34,142 bases of DNA from an uncultured Nitrospiraceae bacterium (GCA_947085205.1 CAMTVO010000006.1:1-34142), one strand, 5' to 3'; counted from the first letter of the stretch, positions 1-11,244 are shown. A program made the numbers and translations. The notes: generated by a model from the sequence alone, not told the origin.

Positions 1-816
1 CCGTGTTATGAGCCTGCTCGTACGGATAATTTCTTTTGTATTGATATTTGTATCTGCATTGTAGAAATCTCTGCGGGTTTTCAGAGCCATCACCACTTCT
101 TCCATAGCACAGTTGCCGGCTCTCTCGCCTATGCCGTTTATGGTGCATTCCACCTGTCCTGCTCCATTAATAATCGCTGCAAGAGAGTTTGCAACAGCCA
201 ATCCAAGGTCATTGTGGCAGTGCACAGAGATAACGGCTCTGTTACCAATTCTTTCTTTGATGGTTCTAATGAGGTCTCCAAATTCAATGGGCGTGGTATA
301 CCCGACTGTATCTGGGATGTTAACAGTTGATGCTCCAGCTTCAATAACAGCATCCAGCACTTCAAGCAGATAGGGCGCTTCTGTCCTTGTCGCATCCATT
401 GGAGAAAATTCCACATCCTCAACAAGGCTGCGTGCGAACTTTACCATTTCCACCGACCGTTTTAGAGCTTCTTCTCGGCTGACCCTGAACTGATATTTCA
501 GATGTATGTCAGATGTGGAATGAAAGGTATGTATCCGCTTCATCGGCGCATCTGTGAGCGCTTCATAAGCGCTTTTTATATCGTTTTCTTTTGCGCGTGC
601 AAGTCCTGCAATGACAGCGCCTTTTACTTCGTTGGCGATACGCTTGACTGCCTCGAAATCGCCAGGTGACGCAAATGGGAATCCAGCCTCGATGATATCT
701 ACGCCCAATTTCACGAGCTGTTTCGCGACCTGAATCTTTTCATCCACATTCATGGATGCGCCTGGCGACTGTTCGCCGTCCCTCAATGTTGTGTCGAATA
801 TTTTGATAATTCTCAT
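1..816 (-). CDS. leuA: 2-isopropylmalate synthase, N-terminal part (runs off window start)
   Basis: Manual translation from ATG at 816 gives [34 protein letters not shown]...IIEAGFP (DRE-TIM motif), later PDTVGY and [13 protein letters not shown]. Absent from the ORF track because it is truncated. Confidence 0.93.
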   Translation of the reverse strand, partial: MRIIKIFDTTLRDGEQSPGASMNVDEKIQVAKQLVKLGVDIIEAGFPFASPGDFEAVKRIANEVKGAVIAGLARAKENDIKSAYEALTDAPMKRIHTFHSTSDIHLKYQFRVSREEALKRSVEMVKFARSLVEDVEFSPMDATRTEAPYLLEVLDAVIEAGASTVNIPDTVGYTTPIEFGDLIRTIKERIGNRAVISVHCHNDLGLAVANSLAAIINGAGQVECTINGIGERAGNCAMEEVVMALKTRRDFYNADTNINTKEIIRTSRLITR

Positions 817-818
817 AG

Positions 819-1601
819 CTATTCTTTATGCCTTTCTAAAAGAGTGTCCTGCTCCGAATGCTTCAGTTTCCTTCTTTTTATGAGAAGGAATGCGTTCTCA
901 ATTATACCCCAAAGGAGGTATGCCATTGCAAAAATAAAGATGGCTGTTGAAGGATGTATCAACAGGACAAAAAGGACTAAAACAAACACGATTAAAACCC
1001 AGAATGGCTTCCTCTCCCTGAAGTCAATTTCTTTGAGGCCGTGGTAGCGGAGCGTGCTGACCATTAATAAAGAGAGCAGTATTGTGATAACAGGGAAAAA
1101 AATGTTTTTCTCAGGCAGTCCTGTCCAGAATTCATAATAGAAAATGACGATAGATGCAACGATAGTTGCTGCACCTGGAATGGGCATACCTTTAAATGCC
1201 TTTGATCCCGGCGCGCCTGTCTGGACATTGAACCTTGCAAGCCTCAGCGCTCCGCATGCAACGAATAAAAATGCTGCTGCCCATCCCAGCTTGCCAAAGG
1301 GTATAAGCGCCCATTTATATATCATTACTGCAGGGGCAACGCCGAATGCCACAAGGTCAGATAGGGAGTCAAGCTCTATCCCGAATCTTGTGGTTGTATT
1401 TGTGAGTCTTGCAATCCATCCGTCAAGTCCGTCAAATATATTTGCAAGCGCTATTGCCCACGCAGCGTGAAGGAAATTGCCGTTTATGGCGGACATAATG
1501 GCATAAAAACCAAAGAACATCCCGCAGAGGGTTATGGTGTTGGGCAGAAGATATACGCCTTTTTTGGGCTTTTTTTCCTCTCTTTTGTGCTTTGCCATCA
1601 T
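819..1601 (-). CDS. pssA: CDP-diacylglycerol--serine O-phosphatidyltransferase
   Basis: [15 protein letters not shown]...[18 protein letters not shown] (CDP-alcohol phosphotransferase motif), LRLARFN; adjacent to psd. Confidence 0.93.
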   Translation of the reverse strand: MMAKHKREEKKPKKGVYLLPNTITLCGMFFGFYAIMSAINGNFLHAAWAIALANIFDGLDGWIARLTNTTTRFGIELDSLSDLVAFGVAPAVMIYKWALIPFGKLGWAAAFLFVACGALRLARFNVQTGAPGSKAFKGMPIPGAATIVASIVIFYYEFWTGLPEKNIFFPVITILLSLLMVSTLRYHGLKEIDFRERKPFWVLIVFVLVLFVLLIHPSTAIFIFAMAYLLWGIIENAFLLIKRRKLKHSEQDTLLERHKE

Positions 1602-1663
1602 GCTTTTAAATATTATACCATTACATTGAGTTGGATGTACGGAATGTTCTGTGAGAAATTAAT

Positions 1664-2305
1664 TCATTGCCTAATCGTTCCAATTATTGTTTCCCCTGCC
1701 TTTACCTTATCGCCCAGTTTTACTTTGATATCTGTATTTTTCGGCAAATATATATCCAGTCTCGAACTGAATTTGATTACTCCGTAACGTTCTCCTTTTT
1801 TTAGAGAATCACCTGGTTTTACTCTGCATACCGCTCTTCGTGCAACAAATCCCGATACCTGACGGACAAGCACCTTGCCGTGTTTTGTATTGAGCAGCAT
1901 GGCGATGTTTTCGTTTTGAAGCGATGCCTCATGCTTGAATGCTGATAAAAATTTTCCTGGGGTGTGGACAACGGATTCAACGATGCCGTCGCATGGAGCC
2001 CTGTTTACATGGACATTTAAAGGAGACATAAAGATGCTGACTTCAATAAATCCCCCCTCGAGGTAGGGGGGGATTACATCTTCATCAACATTCTTTATCA
2101 GTATTACCTTTCCATCGGCAGGGGATACAAAAATATTATCTCCTTCAGGTATTATCCTTTCAGGGTCCCTGAAAAAGTACAGCATAAAAAGCGTAAGAAT
2201 AAACGGCAAAAAGGCTATCCATATCCCGCCTGCTATGAAGAATGAGATAATGGTCAATGCGGAGAAAAAGATGATGAACGGATAACCTTCTGGTGCGAGT
2301 TTCAC
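1664..2305 (-). CDS. psd: Phosphatidylserine decarboxylase proenzyme (short type)
   Basis: FFRDPER, SPADGKV, SIFMSPLNVHVNRAP and the IKFSSRLD autocleavage region; GTG start. Confidence 0.93.
   Translation of the reverse strand: MKLAPEGYPFIIFFSALTIISFFIAGGIWIAFLPFILTLFMLYFFRDPERIIPEGDNIFVSPADGKVILIKNVDEDVIPPYLEGGFIEVSIFMSPLNVHVNRAPCDGIVESVVHTPGKFLSAFKHEASLQNENIAMLLNTKHGKVLVRQVSGFVARRAVCRVKPGDSLKKGERYGVIKFSSRLDIYLPKNTDIKVKLGDKVKAGETIIGTIRQ
2049..2075. repeat. C-run/G-run palindrome inside psd
   Basis: AATCCCCCCTCGAGGTAGGGGGGGATT, translated as (V)IPPYLEGGF. Confidence 0.6.
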
Positions 2306-2326
2306 CTTAAATTACCCCACCTTTTT

Positions 2327-2490
2327 TGCATGTGTCGGCTGTCCTTCAGCAAGTTTGAAACTACCTTTATATTTATTATAAAAGTTATCATGGCTTTAAA
2401 CCTCCTCAAAGTGCGAAGAAGGGCAAGACGTTACTTTGCCCTTTGCTGGCAACCCGTGCAAACTTTGCTGAAATCCAACCGATACATGCA
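2327..2490. repeat. Inverted-repeat-bounded intergenic element (MITE-like)
   Basis: Arms TGCATGTGTCGGCTGTCCTTCAGCAAGTTTG (2327-2357) and CAAACTTTGCTGAAATCCAACCGATACATGCA (2459-2490) are imperfect reverse complements; inner hairpin AAGGGCAA...TTGCCCTT at 2419-2443. Confidence 0.65.
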
Positions 2491-2515
2491 TTATGCTATT
2501 ATTGGTCTATGATGG

Positions 2516-3640
<1,125 letters not shown>

Positions 3641-3713
3641 TATATATTACACATTTCGAAAAATATTTTCTCATTTGTTGTTTATTTTTAGCTTTAGTCA
3701 GTAAAATTATTTA

Positions 3714-4592
3714 ATGGAAAATCTGTGGATACTGTTTGCTCTCATCTCTGCCGTTACTCTCGCTACCAGCGATGCGCTAACCAAAAAGGCATTGTCGGTT
3801 CATAATGAATATCTAATCGCATGGCTGAGGCTTTTGCTTTCACTGCCTGTGCTTTTTGTATCTCTACTATTTGTCCCAATCCCTTCACTTGACAGAGACT
3901 TTTACCTTGCATTCTTTATTGCCTTGCCGCTTGAGATAGTTGCAATCATACTCTATATAAAGGCATTAAAGGTCTCTCCGTTGAGTCTTACTTTGCCGTT
4001 TCTTTCTCTAACCCCAATTTTTTTGATAGTGGTTCCTTACATTCTTCTTGGCGAAAAGGTCTCATTTTTAGGCGCAGTGGGTGTTTTATTCATTGCAGCA
4101 GGCGGCTATACGCTCAACCTGAAGGAATTCAAAAAAGGCATATTTGAGCCGTTTGCTGCAATAAAGAGGGAGAAAGGTTCCATATTCATGATAGGCGTTG
4201 CTCTTATTTTCAGTTTTACATCGTCGCTCGGCAAGATGGCTATCGAACACTCATCTCCTGTATTTTTCGGCGTTACCTATATCTTTGTTCTTGTCATACT
4301 TTTTACTCCTATTGCTCTGTATAAGGGCAGGGATGAACTGAAAGAGATATTCCATAATGGTGCAATAAGGGCTTCAATACTGCCGGGTGTGTTTCAGTCA
4401 TTTATGATTATCTCCCACATGATAGCCATGAGTTTAACAAAGGTTGCATATATGATTTCTGTCAAGAGATTGAGTCTGTTGATAGGAGTATTTTACGGCT
4501 ATCTGCTTTTTAAAGAGTCGGGGATAAGGGAGAGGCTGCTGGGAGCGGTTTTAATGTTTACAGGTTTTGTATTGATTGTGCTTTACCATTGA
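3714..4592 (+). CDS. EamA/DMT family transporter
   Basis: About 10 hydrophobic segments in two repeats; ALKVSPLSLTLP...P.F.....LLGEK pattern. Confidence 0.85.
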   Translation: MENLWILFALISAVTLATSDALTKKALSVHNEYLIAWLRLLLSLPVLFVSLLFVPIPSLDRDFYLAFFIALPLEIVAIILYIKALKVSPLSLTLPFLSLTPIFLIVVPYILLGEKVSFLGAVGVLFIAAGGYTLNLKEFKKGIFEPFAAIKREKGSIFMIGVALIFSFTSSLGKMAIEHSSPVFFGVTYIFVLVILFTPIALYKGRDELKEIFHNGAIRASILPGVFQSFMIISHMIAMSLTKVAYMISVKRLSLLIGVFYGYLLFKESGIRERLLGAVLMFTGFVLIVLYH

Positions 4593-4704
4593 AGATGGAG
4601 CTGATTCATTTAATAAATTTTACAGCACATCTGTCTTGCCATTTATGCAGCGTTTAGTTTAATTTAACAACTTAATTATTCGAGCATCAAAAAGGAGGCA
4701 GAAG

Positions 4705-6447
4705 ATAGGCAATCCACAGAAATTTTTCCCATTCCTCATATGGCTGAAAAGCTATAAAAAAGGAAACTTCGGTCGCGATTTATTGGCAGGCATTACTATC
4801 TCTGTGGTTCTGATACCTCAATCCATGTCCTATGCCATGATAGCTGGAATACCTCCGATATACGGCCTTTATGCCGCAGCCATTCCACCCATAATAGCGG
4901 CTCTGTGGGGAAGGTCAAGTCTTCTTGCCACAGGCCCCGTTGCCATGGTAAGTCTTTTGACCTTTTCATCCATCATACCCTTTGCAAAACCAGGCACAAC
5001 TGAATTCATTGATATGGCTGTTAAGCTTGCGCTGCTGGTTGGAATTTTCCAGCTTTTGATGGGCATTTTAAGACTCGGATTCGTTATGAGATTTATATCC
5101 CATCCTGTAATAATCGGGTTTACCAATGCAGCGGCCATCATAATAGCATCCACACAGATCAAGCACCTCCTGGGCATAGAGGTTAAGGGAAGCGAATTTA
5201 TTTTACCCATGTTTATTGAGATAGGGAAAAACATTATTCATACAAATCCTTATACATTCGCCGTGGGTGTCTTTTCCTTTGCCATAATTATTGGAGGATC
5301 ATACATTCATAAAGGCTTCCCAGGAGCAATGGTTGCGTCTGTAGTGACCACGGTAATGGCCTATCTCTTAAACATGGGTGAACTCGGCGTAAAAACCATC
5401 GGTGATATGCCGACAGGACTTCCACTGCCTTCTTTGACCCTCGTTGACTTTGAGACAACAGCCCGTTTAATAGGTCCTGCCATAGTCATTGCCATAGTAG
5501 GATTTATGGAGGCATTCGCTATAATCAAATCCATATCGGCAAAGACGAAGGAGCCTGTCGATGTGAATCAGGAGCTTATAGGTCAGGGCGCTGCAAATCT
5601 AATAGGTTCGCTTTTCAAATCATATCCGGTGAGCGGTTCATTCTCGAGGACTGCCGTTAATTTACAGGCAGGGGGTAAAACAGGTCTTTCCAATATCTTT
5701 TCAGGACTGATTGTAATCCTGGCGCTTCTGTTTTTTACTTCCTCATTTTACTACCTTCCAAAGTCAACCCTTGCTGCAATAGTTATGTACGCTGTAATTG
5801 GATTGATAAAGCACAGCCAGTTTATCAAGCTGTATAAAACAAGCAGGCAAGATGGGATAGTTGCTTTAATCACGTTTTCATTTGCCTTTATTACAAAGCC
5901 GGATTATGCTATATTTATCGGGATAGCCGTCTCCCTGCTGTTCTTTCTATGGGAGTCTATGCATCCCCGTATCGTAACCCTGACAAGAAATCCAAAGACT
6001 GAGATATTTGAAAATGCCGAGGAGTCCAGACTTCCTGTCTGTCCGCAGATACTCTATCTGAGACCTGATTTTTCCATATATTTTGCCAATGCAGAGTTTG
6101 TAAGGGAGTTCATTCTCCACAAAACGATGGAAAAGATGAACGGTCTAAAATACATTCTGATAGACATGGAAGCAGTGAATAAAATAGACACCACCGGAGT
6201 GGACGAAATGAGAGAGTTAATAAATGAATTGAGAAAATTCGGGATTGAATTCTACATTGCCAATGTAAAGAAGCCTGTTCGCGAGATGTTAAAAAATGCT
6301 GGTATTATTGATCTCCTCGAACAGAAAAGGTGCCTCGACTCCAAGGCAGAATCCATCACCATGCTTTTTAACAAGATAGACCACGAATATTGCAGATACA
6401 CATGCCCGCATGCAGTGTTCTGGGAATGTGAAACAGTGAAGGGCTAA
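4705..6447 (+). CDS. SulP/SLC26 anion permease with STAS domain
   Basis: PQSMSYAMIAG.PP.YGLY, NQELIGQG.AN, GSFSRTAVN and C-terminal STAS (YFANAE, IDTTG). SulP-like sequence (FFPFLIWLKSY...RDLLAG) extends upstream of the tracked TTG 4783 to an ATA at 4705 behind AAGGAGG. Confidence 0.9.
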   Translation: MGNPQKFFPFLIWLKSYKKGNFGRDLLAGITISVVLIPQSMSYAMIAGIPPIYGLYAAAIPPIIAALWGRSSLLATGPVAMVSLLTFSSIIPFAKPGTTEFIDMAVKLALLVGIFQLLMGILRLGFVMRFISHPVIIGFTNAAAIIIASTQIKHLLGIEVKGSEFILPMFIEIGKNIIHTNPYTFAVGVFSFAIIIGGSYIHKGFPGAMVASVVTTVMAYLLNMGELGVKTIGDMPTGLPLPSLTLVDFETTARLIGPAIVIAIVGFMEAFAIIKSISAKTKEPVDVNQELIGQGAANLIGSLFKSYPVSGSFSRTAVNLQAGGKTGLSNIFSGLIVILALLFFTSSFYYLPKSTLAAIVMYAVIGLIKHSQFIKLYKTSRQDGIVALITFSFAFITKPDYAIFIGIAVSLLFFLWESMHPRIVTLTRNPKTEIFENAEESRLPVCPQILYLRPDFSIYFANAEFVREFILHKTMEKMNGLKYILIDMEAVNKIDTTGVDEMRELINELRKFGIEFYIANVKKPVREMLKNAGIIDLLEQKRCLDSKAESITMLFNKIDHEYCRYTCPHAVFWECETVKG

Positions 6448-6461
6448 AAATAAAGTTTTCA

Positions 6462-6470
6462 TGTTATAAT
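6462..6470 (+). promoter_or_regulatory. Extended -10 promoter (TGnTATAAT) 5 nt before the nfeD ATG
   Basis: ATGTTATAATATTATATG; no Shine-Dalgarno sequence. Confidence 0.55.
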
Positions 6471-6475
6471 ATTAT

Positions 6476-7777
6476 ATGCACAGAAAAATTGCCTCACTTA
6501 TAATTATTGTTATCTCCATAATCCTATCTCTTAATATATCCTCCTATTCGATTGAAAACAAGAAACCAGAAGTGCTCGTTATTACTATAAACGGCGTCAT
6601 CAATCCAGTTGCGGCAGAGTATATAGGCAAGTCCATTAAAAAGGCGTCAGAGATGCATGCAGAGGCATTGATCATCGAATTGGATACGCCGGGAGGGCTC
6701 GATGCATCTATGAGGAGCATTGTGAAGGATATTATTGGAAGCAATATTCCCGTAATAGTCTATGTCTCTCCAAGCGGCGCAAGGGCTGCGTCGGCAGGGG
6801 TTTTTATAACAATGGCCGGACATATAGCAGCGATGTCCCCGGGAACCAATATCGGGGCAGCACATCCGGTGGCCATAGGCCAGAAAATGGATGAGGCAGT
6901 GGTTGAGAAGGCTGTCAGTGACGCGGCAGCCTATATCAGATCCATTGCGGAGCAGCGTGGAAGGAATATCCAGTGGGCAGAGGATGCTGTGAGAAAGAGC
7001 GTTTCTGCAACAGAGACAGAGGCATTGAAAAATAATGTCATAGACCTTATAGCAAAGGACATAAACGCGCTGCTTTCCGCAATAGACGGTAAAAAGGTAA
7101 AGACTATCGCCGAAGATAAGATATTGAAAACCGCCAATGCCAAAATCACTAAACATGAAATAGGGCTGAGGCATAAGATATTAAACCTGATAAGTGATCC
7201 GAATATTGCCTATATGCTCATGCTCCTTGGTTTTTACGGGCTGTTTTTTGAACTAACCAACCCGGGCGCCATATTCCCGGGAGTATTCGGCGCAATATGC
7301 CTTATCCTTGCCTTTTATGCGTTCCAGATGCTTCCTGTAAACTACGCCGGTCTTTTATTCATTATACTGGGCATCATCCTTTTCGTCCTTGAAGCCATGA
7401 TAACATCCTACGGCCTTCTCTCCATAGGAGGGATAATATCACTTGTCCTCGGTTCTCTCATGCTTTTTGAGTCCCCCCTGCCAGCGCTCAGACTTTCCCT
7501 TTCAGTAGTGCTACCCGCAGCCATTGTCACGGCGCTGTTTTTTGTCATCACCTTCAGGCTTGCATACAGGGCATATAAGAGGAAACCCATTACAGGTACA
7601 GAGGGACTTATAGGCATGGAAGGAATTGCAAAGACCGAAATTACGCCTGATGGCGGTATGGTCGTTGTTCACGGAGAGTTCTGGTCTGCATATTCCGGCG
7701 ATTTGATACATAAGGATGAGAAGGTAATTGTCGAGGATGTCAAAGGTCTGAAAGTCCGCGTCAGGAGAATTTCTTGA
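6476..7777 (+). CDS. nfeD: NfeD family membrane-bound serine protease (long form)
   Basis: Signal peptide, LDTPGGL, ARAASAG, TNIGAAHPV, TM bundle, C-terminal OB fold (VHGEFWSA). Confidence 0.9.
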   Translation: MHRKIASLIIIVISIILSLNISSYSIENKKPEVLVITINGVINPVAAEYIGKSIKKASEMHAEALIIELDTPGGLDASMRSIVKDIIGSNIPVIVYVSPSGARAASAGVFITMAGHIAAMSPGTNIGAAHPVAIGQKMDEAVVEKAVSDAAAYIRSIAEQRGRNIQWAEDAVRKSVSATETEALKNNVIDLIAKDINALLSAIDGKKVKTIAEDKILKTANAKITKHEIGLRHKILNLISDPNIAYMLMLLGFYGLFFELTNPGAIFPGVFGAICLILAFYAFQMLPVNYAGLLFIILGIILFVLEAMITSYGLLSIGGIISLVLGSLMLFESPLPALRLSLSVVLPAAIVTALFFVITFRLAYRAYKRKPITGTEGLIGMEGIAKTEITPDGGMVVVHGEFWSAYSGDLIHKDEKVIVEDVKGLKVRVRRIS

Positions 7778-7816
7778 AAAAAATTGTTGTCTATTCCTTA
7801 TAATAAATCCAGATTT

Positions 7817-8779
7817 ATGAAAGCTCTGATTACCGGTGCAACAGGTTTTATAGGGAGCCATCTCGCAGGCGCCCTGATTCGTGAAGGTTTCGATGTTACA
7901 TGCCTCGTAAGAAATACATCCAGTTTGAAATACCTCGAAGGTCTCAATATTAAGTTTGTGGAAGGCGACTGCACTGACATAGGGTCTCTTCCTGATGCCG
8001 TCAGAGGAATGGATTATATATTTCACCTTGCAGGACTGACAAAGGCATGCTCCGAAGAAGATTATTACAATGCAAATGTCAAAGGGACAGAGAATATAGT
8101 AAAGGCAACTATTGAAAACAACCACGGCATTAAAAGATTTTTTTATCTGAGCAGCCTTGCAGCAGCAGGGCCGAGCTGCGACGGGAAGCCTCTTAAAGAA
8201 GACTGTGAGCAAAGACCTGTATCTCTTTATGGCAAAACAAAGTTTGAAGGAGAAAAGATAGTATATGCGAATAAAGACAATCTGCCGGTAACAATTATCA
8301 GGCCTCCTGCAGTTTATGGGCCGAGGGACAAGGATTTGCTGGTATTTTTTAAAATGGTAAAATCAGGAATAGCGCCATACTGGGGTAAATGCTACTACTC
8401 TTTTCTGTATGTTGACGACTTAATAAATGGTATAATACTCGCTGCACTGAGCGACGAAGCAGCAGGAGAGATTTTTTTTATGACCGATGGCAATATTTAT
8501 TCGAGTGATGATATTATTGAGGCTATATCGGATGCCCTTCAGAATAGGCCGATGAAGCTGAACATCCCTAAGTTTGTTATGCCTGCGCTCGGGTTTATAG
8601 CCGAAAAGGCAAAAGGATTGAGTATAATAAGCGCTGACAGGCTTAGAGATATGAAGTATTCTCACTGGATTTGCGATACGTCAAAGGCAATGGAGAGGCT
8701 GAAATTTGAGCCTAAGGTAAAAATAAAGGAAGGAGCAAGATGGACGGCAGACTGGTACAGGATACATCAATGGCTATGA
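7817..8779 (+). CDS. NAD(P)-dependent epimerase/dehydratase (extended SDR); candidate ceramide/3-keto reductase
   Basis: [25 protein letters not shown] (YxxxK), [10 protein letters not shown]; its stop overlaps the next start (ATGA). Confidence 0.85.
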   Translation: MKALITGATGFIGSHLAGALIREGFDVTCLVRNTSSLKYLEGLNIKFVEGDCTDIGSLPDAVRGMDYIFHLAGLTKACSEEDYYNANVKGTENIVKATIENNHGIKRFFYLSSLAAAGPSCDGKPLKEDCEQRPVSLYGKTKFEGEKIVYANKDNLPVTIIRPPAVYGPRDKDLLVFFKMVKSGIAPYWGKCYYSFLYVDDLINGIILAALSDEAAGEIFFMTDGNIYSSDDIIEAISDALQNRPMKLNIPKFVMPALGFIAEKAKGLSIISADRLRDMKYSHWICDTSKAMERLKFEPKVKIKEGARWTADWYRIHQWL

Positions 8780-9963
8780 AAACTACAGACATATTTGAGA
8801 AGTGTTTTAAATTCAATACTGCAAAGGAACTGCAGAAGGCAGGCGTTTATCCGTTCTTCAGGGTGATAGAGAGCGCACAGGATCCGGAAGTAATAATGGA
8901 CGGCAAGAACATGATAATGGTCGGCTCAAACAATTATCTGGGACTTACCAATCATCCGAAAGTGAAAGAAGCGGCAATCGAGGCTGTAAAAAAATACGGC
9001 ACAGGCTGCGCAGGTTCAAGGTTTCTTAACGGAACTCTCGATATTCATGTAAAACTCGAAGAGAAGCTTGCACGCTTCATGAGAAAAGATGCAGCGCTTG
9101 TATTTTCTACAGGTTTTCAGGTCAATCTTGGAGTAATATCCGCCCTTGTAGGAAAAGATGATGTTGTCATAATTGATAAGATGGATCATGCCAGTATTGT
9201 TGACGGATGCAGGCTTTCATTTGGAGATGTGAAGCGTTTCAAGCACAATGATATGGCTGACCTTGAAAGGATCCTCAATGAAAATAACGGCAGGGGAAAA
9301 CTCGTTGTCGTTGACGGCGTATTCAGCATGGAGGGAGACATTATCAATCTTCCTGAAGTGTTGAATATAACGAAGAAATACGGTGCAAGGCTTTTTGTTG
9401 ACGATGCGCACGGAATCGGCGTTTTAGGAAAAACAGGAAGAGGCACTGCAGAGCATTTCGCTCTCGAAAAAGAAGTAGATTTAATAATGGGCACATACAG
9501 CAAATCCCTCGCATCTATAGGCGGCTTCATAGCAGGAGATGCTGATGTTATTCATTACATAAAGCATTTTGCAAGGGCATTGATATTCAGCGCAAGTCCT
9601 CCTCCGGCATCCATAGCTGCTGTCAGCGCAGCGGTTGATATAATTGAGAGTGAGCCTGAAAGGCTTGAAAAACTCTGGAAGAATACCAATAAGATGCTTA
9701 AAGGCCTTAAAGAACTTGGCTTTGAGATAGGCCCGAGCGAGACTCCAATTATACCCGTTATTGTGGGAGAAGACGGGGTTGCCTTCAAGTTTGTTATGAT
9801 GCTTCAGGAAGAGGGCATATTCGCAAATGTTGCGGTTTCGCCTGCTGTTCCTCCTGGGAAGGCGCTTATCAGGACGAGCTACATGGCAACACATACGGAC
9901 GAGCATCTCGATAAGGTGCTGGTGGCATTCAAGAAGGTCGGTAAGGCGCTTGAATTGATATGA
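8776..9963 (+). CDS. spt: PLP-dependent alpha-oxoamine synthase, serine palmitoyltransferase-like
   Basis: DIFEKC...[48 protein letters not shown] (PLP Lys), ARALIFSAS; flanked by SDR and GNAT genes. Confidence 0.75.
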   Translation: MKTTDIFEKCFKFNTAKELQKAGVYPFFRVIESAQDPEVIMDGKNMIMVGSNNYLGLTNHPKVKEAAIEAVKKYGTGCAGSRFLNGTLDIHVKLEEKLARFMRKDAALVFSTGFQVNLGVISALVGKDDVVIIDKMDHASIVDGCRLSFGDVKRFKHNDMADLERILNENNGRGKLVVVDGVFSMEGDIINLPEVLNITKKYGARLFVDDAHGIGVLGKTGRGTAEHFALEKEVDLIMGTYSKSLASIGGFIAGDADVIHYIKHFARALIFSASPPPASIAAVSAAVDIIESEPERLEKLWKNTNKMLKGLKELGFEIGPSETPIIPVIVGEDGVAFKFVMMLQEEGIFANVAVSPAVPPGKALIRTSYMATHTDEHLDKVLVAFKKVGKALELI

Positions 9964-9969
9964 CATCAT

Positions 9970-10099
9970 GATAGGAGATAAAGTATTTCCGCTTCATTCT
10001 CGGCAGGCATCCAGCCTGCCTCCGAAGCTACGCCAGCCTGCTTAAACATCAATGTTACGCTTGGGCTGCCGAAGTCGCTCCAATGCTTTATCTCCTATC
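9970..10099. repeat. Inverted-repeat-bounded intergenic element (MITE-like)
   Basis: GATAGGAGATAAAGTATT / AATGCTTTATCTCCTATC (17/18 complementary); inner hairpin GGCAGGC-ATCCA-GCCTGCC. Confidence 0.7.
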
Positions 10100-10128
10100 G
10101 CTAAATTCAGCATATTATTTACTTTTTA

Positions 10129-11244
10129 ATGATGATTAACATAATAGAAATTAAGACAAAATCAGATATTAATACCTTCATAAAACTTCCGCTCGACCTT
10201 TACAAAAACGATAATTTCTATGTCCCGCAGTTAACTATGGACATGAAGACTCATTTCAGTGATAAAAACCCATTTCTCAAATACGCGGATGTTAAGTTCT
10301 TTTTGGTAAGAAAGAACGGGAAGATTGCCGGCCGCATAGCATCAATTATCAATCCTGATCACATTAAGCTCCACAATGAAAGGGTGGGCTTTTTCGGATT
10401 TTTCGAATGCGTTAATGACAGCGAAGTCTCGGATGTATTATTGAATACGGTGCGCGATGAGTTGAAAACTCAAGGCATGGAGGTTATGCGCGGTCCCATG
10501 AATTTTTCAACCAACGAAGAATGCGGTTTTTTGCTTGAAGGATTCGACAGTCCTCCAATGCTCATGACTCCTTATAATCCGCCTTATTACAATAATTTGA
10601 TGAATGCCTATGGAATGACTAAATCCAAAGACCTCAATGCCTATATTTATGATGTCATGGATGAACTGCCTGAAAAGGTTTTGAGGGTTGCATCGCTGGT
10701 TGAGAAGAGAGGTGTAAAGGTCAGACCGATTAATAAAAAGAATTTCCTGTCTGATATGCAGGTATTTCAAAAACTTTATAATTCGGCATGGGAGAAGAAC
10801 TGGGGCTTTATTCCCATCATGGATGATGAGCTTACCTATAGCGCCGGAAGGCTCAAGCCTCTCGCTGTTCCTGAACTGACGCTTATTGCAGAAAAAGATG
10901 GAGAGCCTGTGGGCTTTCTCGGAATGATACCTGATTATAATTTTGTTTTGAGAAAAATACACGGCAGGCTTAATCCTGTGACTATCCTAAAGGCGCTTTA
11001 TTATTCAAAGAGGATTAAAGACCTGAGACTGCTCCTCTTGGGAATTAAGGCAGAGTATAGGAATAGAGGAGTCGATGCGCTTTTATTCAGAGAGGGCTTT
11101 AAAGGTATAAAAAATGGTAATTACAAAAAGGTAGAATTCTCATGGATACTTGAAGACAATATGCCAATTATCCGCATAATAGAGATGATCGGCGGAAGGC
11201 TGTATAAGAAGTACAGGATATATGAAAAGGCAATAGCGTTATAG
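10129..11244 (+). CDS. GNAT-fold N-acyltransferase, bacterial ceramide synthase (bCerS)-like
   Basis: GRIA, GFFGFFEC.ND, RGPMNFSTNEECG, PYNPPYY, NWGF.P, YRNRGV, EFSWILEDN; downstream of the spt-like gene. Confidence 0.72.
   Translation: MMINIIEIKTKSDINTFIKLPLDLYKNDNFYVPQLTMDMKTHFSDKNPFLKYADVKFFLVRKNGKIAGRIASIINPDHIKLHNERVGFFGFFECVNDSEVSDVLLNTVRDELKTQGMEVMRGPMNFSTNEECGFLLEGFDSPPMLMTPYNPPYYNNLMNAYGMTKSKDLNAYIYDVMDELPEKVLRVASLVEKRGVKVRPINKKNFLSDMQVFQKLYNSAWEKNWGFIPIMDDELTYSAGRLKPLAVPELTLIAEKDGEPVGFLGMIPDYNFVLRKIHGRLNPVTILKALYYSKRIKDLRLLLLGIKAEYRNRGVDALLFREGFKGIKNGNYKKVEFSWILEDNMPIIRIIEMIGGRLYKKYRIYEKAIAL

Noticed and set aside
8776..9963. Calling this gene bioF or kbl
   Set aside because: No bio or tdh genes are nearby; the N-terminal YPFFR motif, ARALIFSAS and the SDR/GNAT context favour Spt. 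Not fully excluded without a phylogeny.
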